Positions 9,788 through 19,904 of a stretch of 64,000 bases of DNA are shown piece by piece. Source of the stretch: Coraliomargarita sp. (GTDB lineage: Bacteria; Verrucomicrobiota; Verrucomicrobiia; Opitutales; Coraliomargaritaceae); assembly GCA_965216325.1 (NCBI GenBank), contig OZ244160.1, positions 576,001 to 640,000 on the forward strand, read 5' to 3'. Positions within the stretch are counted from its first letter, which is position 1; each line of letters begins with the position of its first letter. The notes under the pieces are model-generated. The model saw only the letters and a list, made by a program, of their open reading frames with translations, did not search any database and was not told where the DNA came from. The position numbers were made by a program, and so were the translations under genes.

Positions 9788-10324
9788 ATGAAGAGTTACG
9801 AAGCGTTTAAAGCCTCGCGCGAGAAGATGGATCCCAGCTCGCGTAAGATGAATGAGCATCAGTGGCAGCAAGCATATGCGGCCTATAAAAGCACTCGTGA
9901 GCGGGTTCGTTCCAGTCGATCTGAGGGGCGTAAGTCGTCTGGAAGTCGTGACAGTGCGGTTCCGGCTTCGGGTATGCACACACCCAGTAGCGTGACGCCA
10001 ACTGCCATGCTGCGACGCAAGGTGCGCGCGCTCTCTGGCTACGAAGAGGTGCGTTTGTTGATGAACTTACTGGCGTGGATCGGCATCGTCGTTGTGGCGG
10101 GGCACTTAGTCGCACAGTGCATTTTCTACTCATCTGCAGAGAGCTATCTAATGGCGGGAGTCTATGCTGCGATCCGTATTCTAGCGATTCTCTTCTTTAA
10201 AGCGATGGCACAAGTGCTTATCGATATCCCCGATATAGCGCTCTATCGGATGCATCTGGAGACTGCCGCGACTGAGTCGACCGAGTTGGATCCTGAATCA
10301 GTTGGTTCAGCGGACTCAGTGTAA
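9788..10324 (+). CDS. Hypothetical membrane protein (two TM segments)
   Basis: Open frame with a charged N-terminus and two hydrophobic helices. ATG 9788 is the likely start. Confidence 0.65.
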   Translation: MKSYEAFKASREKMDPSSRKMNEHQWQQAYAAYKSTRERVRSSRSEGRKSSGSRDSAVPASGMHTPSSVTPTAMLRRKVRALSGYEEVRLLMNLLAWIGIVVVAGHLVAQCIFYSSAESYLMAGVYAAIRILAILFFKAMAQVLIDIPDIALYRMHLETAATESTELDPESVGSADSV

Positions 10325-10455
10325 CTATTGAATTACACGCAAGCTTTCGGGTTGATGTGGATGTTCTGATTGTGGCATTTGCTGTCTGTTGCTAAGACCG
10401 CAAACTCGGGAAGTTCCTTGCGCTGGATTCGTCTGTGGTGCAGTTTCGCCCTCCA

Positions 10456-12393
10456 ATGAAAAAGATCCTGTTACCTTTGGCACTTAGTCTGGGAATCGTG
10501 ATCGGCTGGTTTGCCGGTGGGAATCGTGAACGGAGTGATTCTGTGGTTTTGGAGCAGCTTCCACAGCAGCCTAGCGTAGCTGTGAGTGACGAAACGGTTG
10601 ATGAGTCGAGTATCCTCCCGCCGGGAGAGCTCGAATTGGGTGTCGGTATTGACGAACTGGAGACATGGACACTGGACCAGAAGTTAGCGCGCATCGATAC
10701 GCTTAAAAAATCGCAGTCGTTGACGAACACGATCGCTTCACTGAATCTGATCGCCTCCATGTCAGAGACCGAGCTTAGGGACATGCTTGGAGAGGCTTCA
10801 AAGCGTGGCTTTGGCAGTATGGATGATTTCTTCATGCCTTATTACACCTTCTTGGCATGGGTAGAAAAGAATCCTGATAGTGCTTATGATTTTTACCTGA
10901 ATGAGGCACAGCCGATGCAAAAGCAGATGTATTCACAGTCGCTTTTCTCGGCATGGGCGACACGGGATGCGGAGGGCGCAATTGCTGCGGCTGATCAAAT
11001 CGAGTCGGAGCACGAGCGTGCTCAAGCGATGGGAGCGATTGCGATGTCGTTGGCAGGATCGGACCCGGAGGCTGCCGTTGATTTGCTGCAGTCGAGGGAT
11101 GATACGAAACCATGGAATTATCAGACCGTTTTTATGATGTGGGCGGGGTCCAATCCGGATAAAGCGTTTGCGAAGTTGGAGTCGCTGCCTGAGGGGCAGG
11201 AGCGGGAAAATGCGTTTCAGGGCTATATTCGTGGAATTGCGAGCAAGGACGTGACTAAAGCGGCTGACATGGCGATCAATCTAGAAAATGAAAGGGATCG
11301 CGCTCAGGCCCTACAGAGTGTCATGCATCTCTGGCTTAATTCTGATTCCGACGCGGCATTTGATTTCCTAACTCGGCTGGACGAAGGCAAGCTGAAGAAT
11401 GACTTACTGCGTAATTCGATCTGGAATCTCACACGCCAGGACCCCGAACTTGCGCTTCGAGTGGTGAATGAGCAAATGACTGGGCGTGCACGCGATGATG
11501 CTTTGGGGAATGTGATCAATCAGTTGGCCAACGACTCTCCGGAAAAGGCAGTGGCGGTTGTTGCGACCTTGCCCTATGGTCGTGTCTACGAGAACGCGGT
11601 CCGCAACATTGCCAGTAATTGGGGGAGGAAGGATCCAGTGGCTGCATTGAACTGGGTGCACAGTCTTGAAGAGGGGCAGGAGAAGGACAGCGCCCTCAGT
11701 AATGTGTATAGTTCTTTTGCGAACGCGAAGACCGATGAGGCTCAGGCTTATTTAGTCGCGATGCCGGATGGTGATGAAAAGAAGAAGCTGGTGGATGCCT
11801 TGGGGGCTAAGCTTGCGCAGACGGATCCCCAAGCAGCAATCCTTTGGGCGAAGTCGATGGCTACGGAGGAATACGTGAAGTTAGCGCAAGATCGTGTGAT
11901 TAGTGCGTGGGCTCAGGAGAAACCTTTGGAGGCGATTCAGTATTTAGAGGCTACCGGAGATACCGAGCGTTTAAACGATCAGATTTGGTCACTCGCCAAT
12001 GGTTACGCTCGTCAGGACGTGAAAGCTGCGGCGGATTGGGCGGGCACGATTGAGGATGAGGATGCGCGTCGGAAGGCCTATGAGCGCGTTGCCGACGAGT
12101 GGTTGCAGCACAATACCGAGGAAGCATCTATTTGGATCGCGGGTCTCGAAACGAGCCCGGAACGTGATAGCTCCGTACGCAAGCTAGTAGATAAAATCTA
12201 TCGTTCAGATCCCGATGCGGCCTTTCAATGGGCTGCAACGATCGAGAATCAGAATGAACGGCGCAATGCCACACGCCGAGCGATCGACTTTCTCAGCCAT
12301 AGTGATCGTAAGGAGGAAGCACAGGCACTGATCGATGGTAGTGAGCTAAGTGAAGCCGATAAAGAGCACCTCCAGAAGCGACTGGGTAAATAG
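10456..12393 (+). CDS. Secreted/anchored alpha-helical repeat protein (WAxxDPxAA repeats)
   Basis: Signal/TM N-terminus and many W-x-x-x-D/N-P-x-A-A helical repeats. Confidence 0.8.
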   Translation: MKKILLPLALSLGIVIGWFAGGNRERSDSVVLEQLPQQPSVAVSDETVDESSILPPGELELGVGIDELETWTLDQKLARIDTLKKSQSLTNTIASLNLIASMSETELRDMLGEASKRGFGSMDDFFMPYYTFLAWVEKNPDSAYDFYLNEAQPMQKQMYSQSLFSAWATRDAEGAIAAADQIESEHERAQAMGAIAMSLAGSDPEAAVDLLQSRDDTKPWNYQTVFMMWAGSNPDKAFAKLESLPEGQERENAFQGYIRGIASKDVTKAADMAINLENERDRAQALQSVMHLWLNSDSDAAFDFLTRLDEGKLKNDLLRNSIWNLTRQDPELALRVVNEQMTGRARDDALGNVINQLANDSPEKAVAVVATLPYGRVYENAVRNIASNWGRKDPVAALNWVHSLEEGQEKDSALSNVYSSFANAKTDEAQAYLVAMPDGDEKKKLVDALGAKLAQTDPQAAILWAKSMATEEYVKLAQDRVISAWAQEKPLEAIQYLEATGDTERLNDQIWSLANGYARQDVKAAADWAGTIEDEDARRKAYERVADEWLQHNTEEASIWIAGLETSPERDSSVRKLVDKIYRSDPDAAFQWAATIENQNERRNATRRAIDFLSHSDRKEEAQALIDGSELSEADKEHLQKRLGK

Positions 12394-12528
12394 AGAGGTT
12401 GAGCTGTGCTCTGTTCAGATGTGTCACGTACCTATGTTTAATAGAACTGTTTGAGTGAAATGAGCTTGTCGGCTGAGGGAAGGGCATACGGCCAACTTGA
12501 GCGTGCTACAGTTCTAAAGCTGCCACTC

Positions 12529-12726
12529 AGGCTATTCAACCGTGACCGACTTGGCTAAGTTGCGTGGCTTGTCGACATCACAGCCGCGAGCGAGCGCGAT
12601 GTGGTAGCTGAGCAGCTGCACCGGAATGCTCATGAGAATTGGACGGGCGATGTCGTGGCTTTCCGGAACGACGATCAGATCGTCGATCAGATCTTCCGGC
12701 ATCTCGCAGTCAGCGCTCGCGATACA
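12529..12726 (-). pseudogene. glmS: Second copy of the glmS 3' end (last ~64 codons plus stop)
   Basis: Direct repeat of 14034-14231 (offset 1505 bp) with 4 mismatches, all synonymous. Confidence 0.95.
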
Positions 12727-12729
12727 TGG

Positions 12730-12814
12730 AACGCTTAAAAGGAACGCTTAAAAGGGACAGGCTAAAAGTAGCAGGTTGAGTTGCGTCTTATTCAGTAGTG
12801 GTTATGCTGTTTTT
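12730..12814 (+). mobile_element. Left end/origin of HUH element copy 1 with a 13-nt tandem truncated unit
   Basis: AACGCTTAAAAGG (12730-12742) followed by AACGCTTAAAAGGGACAGGCT... (from 12743). Same leader as copy 2. Confidence 0.8.
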
Positions 12815-13837
12815 ATGCGACAGCGACGACTCAAGGTCGGTGGACGGGAAGCGATCTATCACTGCATGACTCGCACCGTGAATGGTGAGCTTCTCTTTAA
12901 GGATAGAGAGAAAGAGATGCTCCGGAAGATGATGCACATAGTTGCAGACTTTTGTGGGGTGCAGGTGCTCACATTCTGCATTATGTCAAATCATTTTCAC
13001 GTGCTCGTGAAAGTGCCAGCCTCACCGAGAGTATCTGATCAAGAGCTGATGCGGCGTTATCGGGTGCTGTATCCGAAACCGACGAAATATCAGGCTGAAT
13101 CTGCGAAACAGATGGAGCTGACGCTATCTGATGGCGGCGAGGATGCGGAAGTGATTCGTGCGAAGTTGTTGGCCCGAATGGCGGATGTCTCGGAGTTTAT
13201 GAAGGCGCTGAAACAGCGCTTCTCGGTCTGGTATAATCGTAGTCACCGTCGTTATGGAACTCTCTGGGCGGAGCGCTTCAAGTCGGTCTTGGTGGAAGGC
13301 GAGGGCAATGCCTTGCAAACCATGGCGGCCTATATCGATCTGAACCCTGTCCGGGCGGGATTAGTCGAGGATCCAAAGGATTACCGTTTCTGTGGCTATG
13401 CAGAAGCCGTTGCGGGAGTCTCTGAAGCCCGCATTGGTTTGAAGTGTATTTGGGCTGATCATGCTGGAGCGGACTCGAGTGAAGTGACGCACAAGTGCGC
13501 ACGCTACGGGTCTGTCATGAAGGCGCACCGCCAGTTGCTTTTCGGGAAAGGGGCGAGTCCGTGGACACATCACGGTAAAGTCATCAATCGCAAACAAGCG
13601 CTTAAGGTGCTGGAAGAGCAGGACGGCCAGCTGTCTAAAGCTGCAGTCTTGCGTTGCCGGGTTCGCTATTTCACGGACGGGGCCATTCTTGGCTCATCGG
13701 AATTTGTTCGAGGCTTTGCTGGCGCTTGGCAGTTGGACCGCGGGCGGAAGCATCCTCCTAAGACGAATCGCCTCCGTGGAGCCGATTGGGGCGATTTGTC
13801 TGTGATTCAAGGCCTACGACGGCAGGTGTTTGGCTAG
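12815..13837 (+). CDS. Large Y1 HUH transposase-like protein (IS200/RAYT superfamily), copy 1
   Basis: YHCMTR, CIMSNHFH (HUH), GTLWAERFKS and YIDLNPVRAG motifs. ATG 12815 preferred over TTG 12776. Confidence 0.9.
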   Translation: MRQRRLKVGGREAIYHCMTRTVNGELLFKDREKEMLRKMMHIVADFCGVQVLTFCIMSNHFHVLVKVPASPRVSDQELMRRYRVLYPKPTKYQAESAKQMELTLSDGGEDAEVIRAKLLARMADVSEFMKALKQRFSVWYNRSHRRYGTLWAERFKSVLVEGEGNALQTMAAYIDLNPVRAGLVEDPKDYRFCGYAEAVAGVSEARIGLKCIWADHAGADSSEVTHKCARYGSVMKAHRQLLFGKGASPWTHHGKVINRKQALKVLEEQDGQLSKAAVLRCRVRYFTDGAILGSSEFVRGFAGAWQLDRGRKHPPKTNRLRGADWGDLSVIQGLRRQVFG

Positions 13838-14036
13838 CTTCGCGGACCAATGGTTCCCTTGTTTTTGCAGATGAGTAACTGGGCGGGCAGTCTGGAGACA
13901 TGCGGGTCTTGAGAGATATCCCAAGCATTCTGGGGAACTAGACCTGCCGACGTGTGGTTGAGCTAGGTGGGAAAACGCCCACTGTTTCAAGGTGGACGTT
14001 GATAACACTTAAGCTCTTGTTTGGCTTCCGCTGAGG

Positions 14037-15884
14037 CTATTCCACCGTGACCGATTTGGCTAAGTTGCGCGGCTTGTCGACATCACAGCCGCGAGCGAGC
14101 GCGATGTGGTAGCTGAGCAGCTGCACTGGAATGCTCATGAGAATTGGACGGGCGATGTCGTGGCTTTCCGGAACGACGATCAGATCGTCGATCAGATCTT
14201 CCGGCATCTCGCAGTCAGCGCTCGCGATACAAATGACCTTACCTTTACGCGCTTTGACCTCCTGAATGTTTGCTAGACTCTTCTGGAAGATTTCACCGGA
14301 TGCAGCGAGGAAGACACTTGGGCAGTCTTCGCTGATCAATGCGATCGGGCCGTGTTTCATCTCCGCTGCAGGGTAACCTTCTGCGTGAATGTAAGAGATT
14401 TCTTTCAGCTTGAGCGCACCTTCCAAGGCAATCGGGAACATAAACTGACGGCCGAGGAAGAGGCAGTCTTCGTAGTGTGCGTAACGCTTTGCGATTTCCT
14501 CGATCTTGCCGTTCTGCTTGAGCACCTCGCGGACCTGATCCGGGAGGGCCTTGAGCGCTTTGACTATATCGGCACCGTCGCTGTAGCTCAAGTCTCGGAG
14601 GCGGCCGAAGTATAGTGCGACCATCGCACCGAGCAGCACTTGGGAAGTAAATGCTTTGGTTGAGGCCACACCAATTTCCGGGCCTGCGTGCTGGTAGATA
14701 CCACCGTCACATTCGCGAGCGATGGTGGAGCCGACACTGTTGTTAATTGAAAGCGTGCGATAGCCTTTACGCTTGGCTTCACGCAGCGCAGCCAGTGTGT
14801 CGATGGTTTCACCGGATTGGCTGATCGCAAAGACCAGGGTGTTCTTGTCCAGAGGTGCGTTGCGATAACGGAACTCGGAGGCGTATTCGACTTCAACAGG
14901 AATGCGCGCATAGCGCTCGATCAGATACTCCGCCATCAAGCAGGCGTGCCATGCGGTGCCACAAGCGAGGAAGAGAATGCGGTCCACATTGCGCAGGTCC
15001 TGTGGGCTCAGATTTAGTCCACCAAAGAAGGCGGTGCTGCCGTCGTCCGAGAAGCGGCCACGCATACCGTTTTCGAGCGCGGTTGGCTGCTCGAAAATTT
15101 CCTTCTCCATGAAGTGACTGTAGTTGCCGAGTTCTGCTTCGCTAGTGTCCCAGTCGACTTGTTGGATGACTGGCTCAACGTCCTTACTGGATGCAGTGGT
15201 AATCGAAAAGTCGTCGTCACGGAGGTGCACGACTTCGTTGTCGTTCAAATAGATGACGTTCTGCGTGCAATGGGTGATCGCGTTTACGTCGGAGGCAATG
15301 AGGTTCTCGCCCTTGCCGATGCCGACGATCAGAGGAGAGCCTTTGCGTGCGCCGATGAGTTCGTTCGGGTAGTCGCTGCAGAGCACTGCGATGCCGTAGG
15401 TGCCTTCTACATGGCTCAGGCTTTTGCGCACGGCTTCCAAAAAGCGGTTTTTGCCCTTGGACTCAGGTTCCTTGTCGTAGTGGTAGGCGATCATATTGGA
15501 GAGCGCCTCGGAGTCGGTTTCGGAGCTGAAGGTGTAGCCTTTCTCTGTGAGAAAGTTCTTCATGCCGAGGTAGTTTTCGATCACCCCGTTGTGCACTAGC
15601 GCAATTTTTCCATCGCTGCTGACGTGTGGGTGGGCGTTGGCTTCAGTGACATCACCGTGAGTGGCCCAACGTGTGTGGCTGATTCCGAGCGTGCCGCCTA
15701 AATCTTCACCTAAAGCGCGCTCCAATTCCTTGACGCGGCCCGTTCTACGTATAGTGCTAAAGCCGTTACTGCTACTAATGGTCATTCCCGACGAATCATA
15801 CCCTCGGTATTCGAGGCGCTTTAATCCATCCAGCATCACGCTACCCGCACGGGAGCGACCAATATATCCTACGATTCCACACAT
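14037..15884 (-). CDS. glmS: Glutamine-fructose-6-phosphate transaminase
   Basis: Starts MCGIVG, ends [23 protein letters not shown] and SQSGET motifs. Confidence 0.98.
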   Translation of the reverse strand: MCGIVGYIGRSRAGSVMLDGLKRLEYRGYDSSGMTISSSNGFSTIRRTGRVKELERALGEDLGGTLGISHTRWATHGDVTEANAHPHVSSDGKIALVHNGVIENYLGMKNFLTEKGYTFSSETDSEALSNMIAYHYDKEPESKGKNRFLEAVRKSLSHVEGTYGIAVLCSDYPNELIGARKGSPLIVGIGKGENLIASDVNAITHCTQNVIYLNDNEVVHLRDDDFSITTASSKDVEPVIQQVDWDTSEAELGNYSHFMEKEIFEQPTALENGMRGRFSDDGSTAFFGGLNLSPQDLRNVDRILFLACGTAWHACLMAEYLIERYARIPVEVEYASEFRYRNAPLDKNTLVFAISQSGETIDTLAALREAKRKGYRTLSINNSVGSTIARECDGGIYQHAGPEIGVASTKAFTSQVLLGAMVALYFGRLRDLSYSDGADIVKALKALPDQVREVLKQNGKIEEIAKRYAHYEDCLFLGRQFMFPIALEGALKLKEISYIHAEGYPAAEMKHGPIALISEDCPSVFLAASGEIFQKSLANIQEVKARKGKVICIASADCEMPEDLIDDLIVVPESHDIARPILMSIPVQLLSYHIALARGCDVDKPRNLAKSVTVE

Positions 15885-15959
15885 AAGGGGGCATATCTGT
15901 ATGCTGCCCCATGCTGGAGGCAAGACCCTAATTTCTCTGTATACTCCACTAACATTACT

Positions 15960-17255
15960 ATGAAAAAACGTAAAGTCGTCTGTATTATCATGGGAGGTGG
16001 CCGCGGCACACGCCTGGTTCCTTTAACGCAAGAGCGCTGTAAGCCTGCTGTGCCGCTGGCTGGCAAGTATCGCTTGGTTGATATCCCCATTAGTAACTGC
16101 CTGAACTCAGGCTTTAATCAGATTTATGTGTTAACTCAATTTAACACGGCGTCACTTCACCGCCACATTCAGGAGTCCTTTAAGTTCGATCCCTTTGGTG
16201 GGGGGTGTGTCGATATCTTGTCTGCTGAGCAGACTGATAAGGACGATGGCTGGTATCAGGGCACTGCGGATGCGGTTCGCCAAAATATGAATCACTTCGG
16301 TGAGATGGGCGAGGGCGACCTCTATATTATCCTCTCCGGTGACCAACTCTTCCGTATGGATTTGGCGAGCGTGGTTGCTGAGCACGACGCAAGTGGCGCG
16401 GAAGTCACCATCACCGCGAAGCCGCTTGGTTTGGATGAAGCGGAAGGCCTGGGCCTGATGCGCATTAACGACGATTTGGAAATCACCGAGTTCGTCGAAA
16501 AGCCAACAGACCCTGAGGTGATCAAGGGCCTTGCCGTTGGAGAGAGTGTTACCAGCAAGATGAACAACCCTGGCGATCGCGACTACTGCCTGGCGTCCAT
16601 GGGCATTTATGTGTTCAACGCGCCAACTCTGGATAAAGCGCTCGATTCGGACACGACGGACTTCGGTAAGGAAATTATCCCCGGGCTCTTGGGCCAAGCG
16701 AAGATGTGTAGCTATGTCTTCGATGACTATTGGGAAGATATCGGAACCGTAAAGGCATTCTTCGACTGTAACCTACGCCTGACGGATCCGGTGCCGCCAT
16801 TTAATTTCTTCAACGAAGATGCGAAGATCTACACGCACGCACGCTTCCTGCCTGCGGCGAAGATGAATTCCTGCAAGATTGACCGTGCGGTGGTTGCAGA
16901 CGGCTCGATCGTGACGGACTCTGCGCTGACACGCTGCTCGCTCGGTGTGCGTTCGGTTATCAACGAGGGCTCTGTGCTGGAGAATGTTGTGATGATGGGG
17001 GCGGACTTCTATGAGAACGATGAGGATCGTAGTGAGAATGCTTCGCTTGGTCGTCCAGCAGTCGGCGTCGGTAAGCATTCAAGCATCAAAAATGCGATTC
17101 TAGATAAGAATGTGCGTCTTGGTGACAATGTTGTGATCGACCCAACTGGCTTGCCGGATAAGTTTGGCCCTGGTGTCGATGTTGCCATCCGTGACGGCGT
17201 TTGCGTGGTTTGTAAGGGCGCAGTTATTCCTGATGGATTTGTGCTGAAAGCCTAG
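15960..17255 (+). CDS. glgC: Glucose-1-phosphate adenylyltransferase
   Basis: GGGRGTRL.PLT..RCKPAVP, WYQGTADAV, FVEKP, DFGKEIIP and YWEDIGT motifs. Confidence 0.97.
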   Translation: MKKRKVVCIIMGGGRGTRLVPLTQERCKPAVPLAGKYRLVDIPISNCLNSGFNQIYVLTQFNTASLHRHIQESFKFDPFGGGCVDILSAEQTDKDDGWYQGTADAVRQNMNHFGEMGEGDLYIILSGDQLFRMDLASVVAEHDASGAEVTITAKPLGLDEAEGLGLMRINDDLEITEFVEKPTDPEVIKGLAVGESVTSKMNNPGDRDYCLASMGIYVFNAPTLDKALDSDTTDFGKEIIPGLLGQAKMCSYVFDDYWEDIGTVKAFFDCNLRLTDPVPPFNFFNEDAKIYTHARFLPAAKMNSCKIDRAVVADGSIVTDSALTRCSLGVRSVINEGSVLENVVMMGADFYENDEDRSENASLGRPAVGVGKHSSIKNAILDKNVRLGDNVVIDPTGLPDKFGPGVDVAIRDGVCVVCKGAVIPDGFVLKA

Positions 17256-17277
17256 TCTTGAACACAGACTTTTTCCT

Positions 17278-17307
17278 AAACGGCGATTCGTTAGAATCGC
17301 CGTTTTT
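17278..17307 (+). terminator. Intrinsic terminator after glgC
   Basis: AAACGGCGATTC-GTTA-GAATCGCCGTTTTT. Confidence 0.85.
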
Positions 17308-17391
17308 CGTTGCTAAAACAGGGATTCAGCAGCATACTAAAATTTAGAAAACGACGTTCTGCTTGATTCACTGTTTAACCCCATATTTCTG

Positions 17392-18240
17392 ATGAAACGC
17401 TTATTAGTCTGCACCGATGGTTCTGCTTACTCCCAAGAATGCTGCCGCTATGCAGCTTGGCTTGCGCAACAGGATCCTGAAATTGAAATACTGGCTCTGT
17501 ATGTGACGGACCTTCGGCAGTTCGAGGTGCCGGCAGTGGCTGATTTGAGCGGTAGTCTGGGGATTCAACCATTTGATGGGATGATTGCTCAGCTTCAAGA
17601 GGTCGAAGAGATCAAAGCGAAGTTTGTCGAGGAGCAGGCAAGTAAGGTCTTTCAGGAGGCGGATATTCAGGATCGAGTCACCTTTCAGCATGACACCGGA
17701 CTGTTGGTCGACGCCATAGCCGAGTATAACGCAGATACGGATCTGATTCTGCTCGGTAAGCGTGGTGAGAATGCAAACTTTGCGACCGAGCATCTTGGTT
17801 CGATGCTGGAACGGGTAGTGCGCTCTGCGAGTAAGCCCTGTTTGGTGACGACGCGCACGTTCAAGGCCTTTACCCGTGTGGCAATTGCTTATGATGGTGG
17901 TGAGAGCTGCCAGAAAGCATTGGAGTATTTGTCGGAACTGAGCTTGTTCGAGTCCTTGGATCTACACGTGATCACTGTGGTGGAGGGCCATCACGAAGAT
18001 TTGGCGGCAAGCCGTTTAACTGATGCTGAAGCTCAGTTGAATGCCAATGGCCTGCAGCCAACCTGTCAGGTGCTCTCGGGCAATGTCGAGGAGGCGATCT
18101 CTAATTATGTCACGAGTGCCAGTATCGACCTGTTGGTGATGGGCGCGTATGGCCACAGTCGTATTCGTGAACTGTTGATCGGTAGCACAACGACGGAGCT
18201 TTTGCGGCGCTGCCATGTGCCAGTGCTCTGCCTGCGCTAG
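17392..18240 (+). CDS. Universal stress protein (tandem USP), paralog of 2406-3266
   Basis: LVCTDGS, LGKRGENANF, HLGSMLERV and LVMGAYGHS motifs. Confidence 0.9.
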   Translation: MKRLLVCTDGSAYSQECCRYAAWLAQQDPEIEILALYVTDLRQFEVPAVADLSGSLGIQPFDGMIAQLQEVEEIKAKFVEEQASKVFQEADIQDRVTFQHDTGLLVDAIAEYNADTDLILLGKRGENANFATEHLGSMLERVVRSASKPCLVTTRTFKAFTRVAIAYDGGESCQKALEYLSELSLFESLDLHVITVVEGHHEDLAASRLTDAEAQLNANGLQPTCQVLSGNVEEAISNYVTSASIDLLVMGAYGHSRIRELLIGSTTTELLRRCHVPVLCLR

Positions 18241-18342
18241 GGCAAACTTGGTATTTGGGCTATTTCTGGCTGGTGATCTGCTAGGGGATACGCATAGGCA
18301 TAGAGCTACAACTGCACTTTCCCTACCACTTATATTAACCGC

Positions 18343-19734
18343 ATGGCTAATCGCAGCATTCCGACAACTTACGAAAAAGCACTTTCTCTCAATCTCGATA
18401 ACGGCACTTACGGTGTGTTTGCTGAGATTGGCGCAGGGCAGGAAACCGCCAATTGGTTCTTCCGTGTCTCAGCCAGTGCGGGCACTGTTGCTAAGACGAT
18501 TTCGGCCTATGATATGACGATGAGCGATGCGCTGTATGGCAAAGCGCAGCGCTACGTTTCTCAGGAACGTCTACACTCCATGCTCGAGTATGAGTATGAT
18601 TTGTTGGAGCAGCGTCTGGGCGAGGCGCGCGGCAAAGATACGACCTTCTTTTCCTTTTGTAATACGGTGCGCGCACGCGGCTATAAAGATACCGCAGAAT
18701 GTCACGGCTGGCTCGGGGTGCGTTTTCAGTTAAAGCCTCAGACCGAGCCGGTAGAAATTGTGCTGCACGTGCGCTTGCTGGACGAAACCAATGCCGAGCA
18801 AATGGACGCACTTGGCAAGGTCGGCGTGAATTTGATTTATGCCGCATTCAACTACCGCGAGAGTTTGCAGAATTTCGTCGAGTCCTTGGCAGATGATCTG
18901 GCGCCTCGACGCATTGAGGTCGACATGCTGCGCTTTAGCGGTGAGGGCTTCCGATACGTGGATAATCGTCTTTGCGCCCTGCAGCTAGTTCAAAGCGGCC
19001 TGACCGATGCGGCGATGTTCAATGAGGCGGGCGAAGTCGTGCAGGCGGCAGATGCGCTGTATAAACGTCCGATTTTGCTGTTGCGGGGTAGTTTTAATCC
19101 CGTGCTGAAGCTGCATTTGGATATGATCCGCCAGGCACGTAGCGTGTTCTCCACCGGCCTGAGTGGGGCCGAGCAGGAGCGCTCGATTGAACTGTGCGAA
19201 ATCAGCACCAACAATCTCTTGCGCGATGGTGAGCTGGATCACGAAGACTTTATTGATCGCGCGGATGCCTTGCAGGCGCTTGGCAAAACGGTGCTGATTT
19301 CAAGTAGTGCGGAATTCCACCGAATTGCCACTTATCTGAGCCGCTATACTGCAGAGCCAATCGCGATTATTCTAAGTATTGGCCTGCTCAATGAGCTGTT
19401 TAAGCCAAAGTGGTCGGCCAACCTGCCGGGTGGTATTCTGGAATCCTTTGGCCGTCTGTTCAAAAACCGTGTGCAGCTCTATGTCTACCCATGGCACAAC
19501 ACCAAGAGTATGGAGTTGGTCACTGCGGAGAACTTCAAGGCGCCAGAGAATTGGCAGTATTTCTATCGCCACCTGTTGCAGAATGAGCGAATCCGCACGG
19601 TTGGAGTGGGGGATCCGTCACTTCTGGCTAAAACGGGACGCAAGATTCTTGATGAAATCCATGCCGGTAAGCCGGGCTGGGAAGATTGGGTGCCTGTCGA
19701 GGCGCATGAGATGGTGCGCCGTAAACACGTCTAA
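18343..19734 (+). CDS. Conserved protein with a C-terminal nucleotidyltransferase-like (NadD-like) motif
   Basis: YGVFAEIGAGQE N-terminus and LLRGSFNPVLKLH resembling the GSFNP..H motif. Function uncertain. Confidence 0.7.
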   Translation: MANRSIPTTYEKALSLNLDNGTYGVFAEIGAGQETANWFFRVSASAGTVAKTISAYDMTMSDALYGKAQRYVSQERLHSMLEYEYDLLEQRLGEARGKDTTFFSFCNTVRARGYKDTAECHGWLGVRFQLKPQTEPVEIVLHVRLLDETNAEQMDALGKVGVNLIYAAFNYRESLQNFVESLADDLAPRRIEVDMLRFSGEGFRYVDNRLCALQLVQSGLTDAAMFNEAGEVVQAADALYKRPILLLRGSFNPVLKLHLDMIRQARSVFSTGLSGAEQERSIELCEISTNNLLRDGELDHEDFIDRADALQALGKTVLISSSAEFHRIATYLSRYTAEPIAIILSIGLLNELFKPKWSANLPGGILESFGRLFKNRVQLYVYPWHNTKSMELVTAENFKAPENWQYFYRHLLQNERIRTVGVGDPSLLAKTGRKILDEIHAGKPGWEDWVPVEAHEMVRRKHV

Positions 19735-19764
19735 TACCGAATCGATCAGGGGTTGGCCTAAATG

Positions 19765-19854
19765 CCACCACCTCTCCTTGCCAAGAAGGAGGGTCTAAAA
19801 AAGCTCCTCTCCTGCTAAGGGGCGGTCATCCCGCTCCGCAGGATGGCAGGGGTG
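19765..19854. repeat. CCCCTCC/GGAGGGG-type multi-hairpin repeat
   Basis: Shares CTCCTCYCCTGCTAAGGG..GGTCATCC with 23831-23930. Confidence 0.7.
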
Positions 19855-19904
19855 TTTCGGATCATACCGGAATAGCACTAACTTAAGCGATTGAACTGAA
19901 GAAC

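Noticed and set aside
13990..14036. Tn7 insertion at attTn7 downstream of glmS
   Set aside because: No tns genes, no convincing Tn7 ends with repeated TnsB sites and no 5-bp target duplication. Tn7 does not duplicate ~195 bp of glmS.
12529..14231. Diversity-generating retroelement template/variable repeat pair
   Set aside because: No reverse transcriptase is present, and the mismatches are synonymous rather than confined to template adenines.
15885..15959. glmS ribozyme
   Set aside because: Only 75 bp separate the divergent glmS and glgC starts, too short for the ribozyme.
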